Shown in pieces: positions 33,317-34,573 of a stretch of 34,573 nt of DNA. The number at the start of each line of letters is the position of its first letter. Position 1 is the first letter of the stretch. The translations under genes were made by a program, and so were the position numbers. The stretch is from a virus (lineage: Duplodnaviria > Caudoviricetes): IMG/VR virus record IMGVR_UViG_3300017766_001405, positions 1 through 34,573 of that record; one strand, written 5' to 3'. The notes beneath the pieces were generated by a model that was given only the letters and a program-made list of their open reading frames with translations, searched no databases and was not told the DNA's origin.

Positions 33317-33513
33317 TCGATCTTCCAGTGTACTATATGCCTATGCCAGTAAATGAGAATGGCGATGGGCCAGCATTTGGCGATGAGGTATCGCGCATCA
33401 TTCACGAAGTATGGGACCCGCATTGCAACACAATCTGCACCGCCCCCACAGAAGAACTAGCGCGTTTCATTGCAGATACCATCATGAAAGGAAAATTGCC
33501 AGATGTCAGTTGA
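33313..33513 (+). CDS. Hypothetical protein
   Basis: GTG start coupled to the upstream stop; 66 aa. Confidence 0.6.
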   Translation: MIDLPVYYMPMPVNENGDGPAFGDEVSRIIHEVWDPHCNTICTAPTEELARFIADTIMKGKLPDVS

Positions 33514-33886
33514 CCTAGATGAACTTGACGACCTCATAAGCAGATACGTGTTTAGCGCAAATTTTGATGGCGACACAAGAGAGGAGAGCGATGCTATTCA
33601 CGAATGGGTGCGCGCAGCCGTCCTGGCAGAGCGCAAGCGGTGCGCTGAGACTACAGACAAACATCGAAACGACCTTACGGCAGGAGGTGAGGTCAGGCTG
33701 GTCGCGGCTTACATCAATCGCGAAATCATGAAAGGAGAGTACATCAATGTGGAACGTCAGAGTGGTTCAAAGAAAAGCAGTAACGCGACATATGATGAAT
33801 ATGCCTTAAAATACGGAGCACGATTCAAGCTATCACCGCCACACAACACCAACCCCGCCACTCACCACGGCGGGCTTTTCTTTTAA
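33503..33886 (+). CDS. Hypothetical phage protein
   Basis: AAVLAERKRCA motif common in phage accessory proteins; the C-terminus runs through the terminator. Confidence 0.6.
   Translation: MSVDLDELDDLISRYVFSANFDGDTREESDAIHEWVRAAVLAERKRCAETTDKHRNDLTAGGEVRLVAAYINREIMKGEYINVERQSGSKKSSNATYDEYALKYGARFKLSPPHNTNPATHHGGLFF
33854..33884 (+). terminator. Rho-independent terminator ending the accessory operon
   Basis: cccgcc/ggcggg stem followed by cttttctttt. Confidence 0.75.
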
Positions 33887-33894
33887 CACTCTTG

Positions 33895-34096
33895 CGGTTT
33901 GCAAATGTAATATCGCATAATGCTCCGCGATGATTCATAAGACACCCAGTTTGTATCTAGCCAACGCACACCATTGAATTAAGACCTGATTTGTAATCAG
34001 GTGTAAGTCTGTAATTGGCGATTTTGCGCTAACTAAATATCAATGACTTAGGTAAAGCAAAACCGGCAGTTTGCAATAGCAGGCTGCCGGTTTGTT
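33895..34096. other. Candidate attP with a tRNA-Thr(TGT) anticodon-arm core
   Basis: acctga-tttgtaa-tcaggt (33984-34002); IHF consensus tatcaatgactta (34038-34050); repeats C(A/G)GTTTG at 33895, 33947, 34067 and 34088; adjacent to the int 3' end. Confidence 0.65.
34054..34093 (-). terminator. Inverted repeat downstream of int (probable terminator)
   Basis: aaaccggcag (34060-34069) / ctgccggttt (34084-34093), with a U-rich tail on the minus strand. Confidence 0.55.
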
Positions 34097-34120
34097 GCGT
34101 CAAGAACTAAGGTTTTTGGG

Positions 34121-34573
34121 TTAGTTTTTGCTGTGCTCTTCCAGTTTCAAAATAGCCTGCTCGGCCAGTTGGATCTTCCCGCCTAAATAGTGCGCGTCGA
34201 GAATCGACTCCACGTCCTTCAGGCTATGACCTGTGATTGACGCGATCTGCGCTGTGCTGCATCCAGATATAGCCAGCCGCGTGACAGCCGTGCCGCGCAA
34301 GTCGTGGAACGTCAAGCCAACAATTCCGGCAAGTTGCGCCGCCTTGCGCCATGACGCCTTAAAACCGTCGCTTGTCCATTGCTTGCCGCGTGTCGTCGTT
34401 AAGATCGTGCCGGCGTTGCGAGGTAGTGCGTCCAGCATTGTCCTGATAGGCGCTGCAAGTGGCACAGCCACACGCGCTTTTGTCTTGCCTTGATGCACTC
34501 GCAAAGCGTGACCGTCATAGCTTGACCACTCGGCCTTGAGCAAGTCACCTTGCCGCTGTCCAGTCCACAAGGC
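34121..34573 (-). CDS. int: Tyrosine integrase, C-terminal catalytic part (5' end outside the window)
   Basis: TGQRQGD (Arg), QGKT (Lys), FHDLRG (HxxR), TGH, HY. Confidence 0.95.
   Translation of the reverse strand, partial: ALWTGQRQGDLLKAEWSSYDGHALRVHQGKTKARVAVPLAAPIRTMLDALPRNAGTILTTTRGKQWTSDGFKASWRKAAQLAGIVGLTFHDLRGTAVTRLAISGCSTAQIASITGHSLKDVESILDAHYLGGKIQLAEQAILKLEEHSKN

Larger units (their letters stand above)
1..34573. mobile_element. Temperate siphovirus genome segment
   Basis: Phage genes run end to end; phage sequence lies on both sides of the att core; no host housekeeping genes. Confidence 0.92.

Noticed and set aside
33960-34030. Complete tRNA-Thr gene
   Set aside because: Only the anticodon arm is present; there is no D arm, T arm or acceptor stem.

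Overview
The window is the left and central part of a temperate siphovirus with an HK97-type head. Protein families and motifs suggest an alphaproteobacterial host, probably Rhizobiales (inferred). Order on the + strand: terminase small/large subunits, portal, prohead protease, major capsid, head-tail and tail genes (tail chaperone with a probable -1 frameshift, tape measure, tail tip), a beta-helix tailspike, lysis cassette (holin, SAR-type lysozyme, overlapped spanins), an SGNH/SASA esterase-Fn3 protein and a terminator. A ~9 kb translationally coupled accessory operon follows (24705-33886). The window ends with a candidate attP, whose core is a tRNA-Thr(TGT) anticodon arm, and the 3' part of a convergent tyrosine integrase. 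The best candidate for an undescribed system is a phage-encoded minimal MotA/TolQ/ExbB-like channel protein with an Asp-containing single-pass partner and a third membrane protein, next to a secreted trypsin-like protease. Also notable: SsrA(tmRNA)-tag-like AANDN motifs encoded in several proteins, two structured RNA leaders, three internally deleted genes, and evidence for a tailspike module swap. All calls come from motif recognition by eye; no searches were run.
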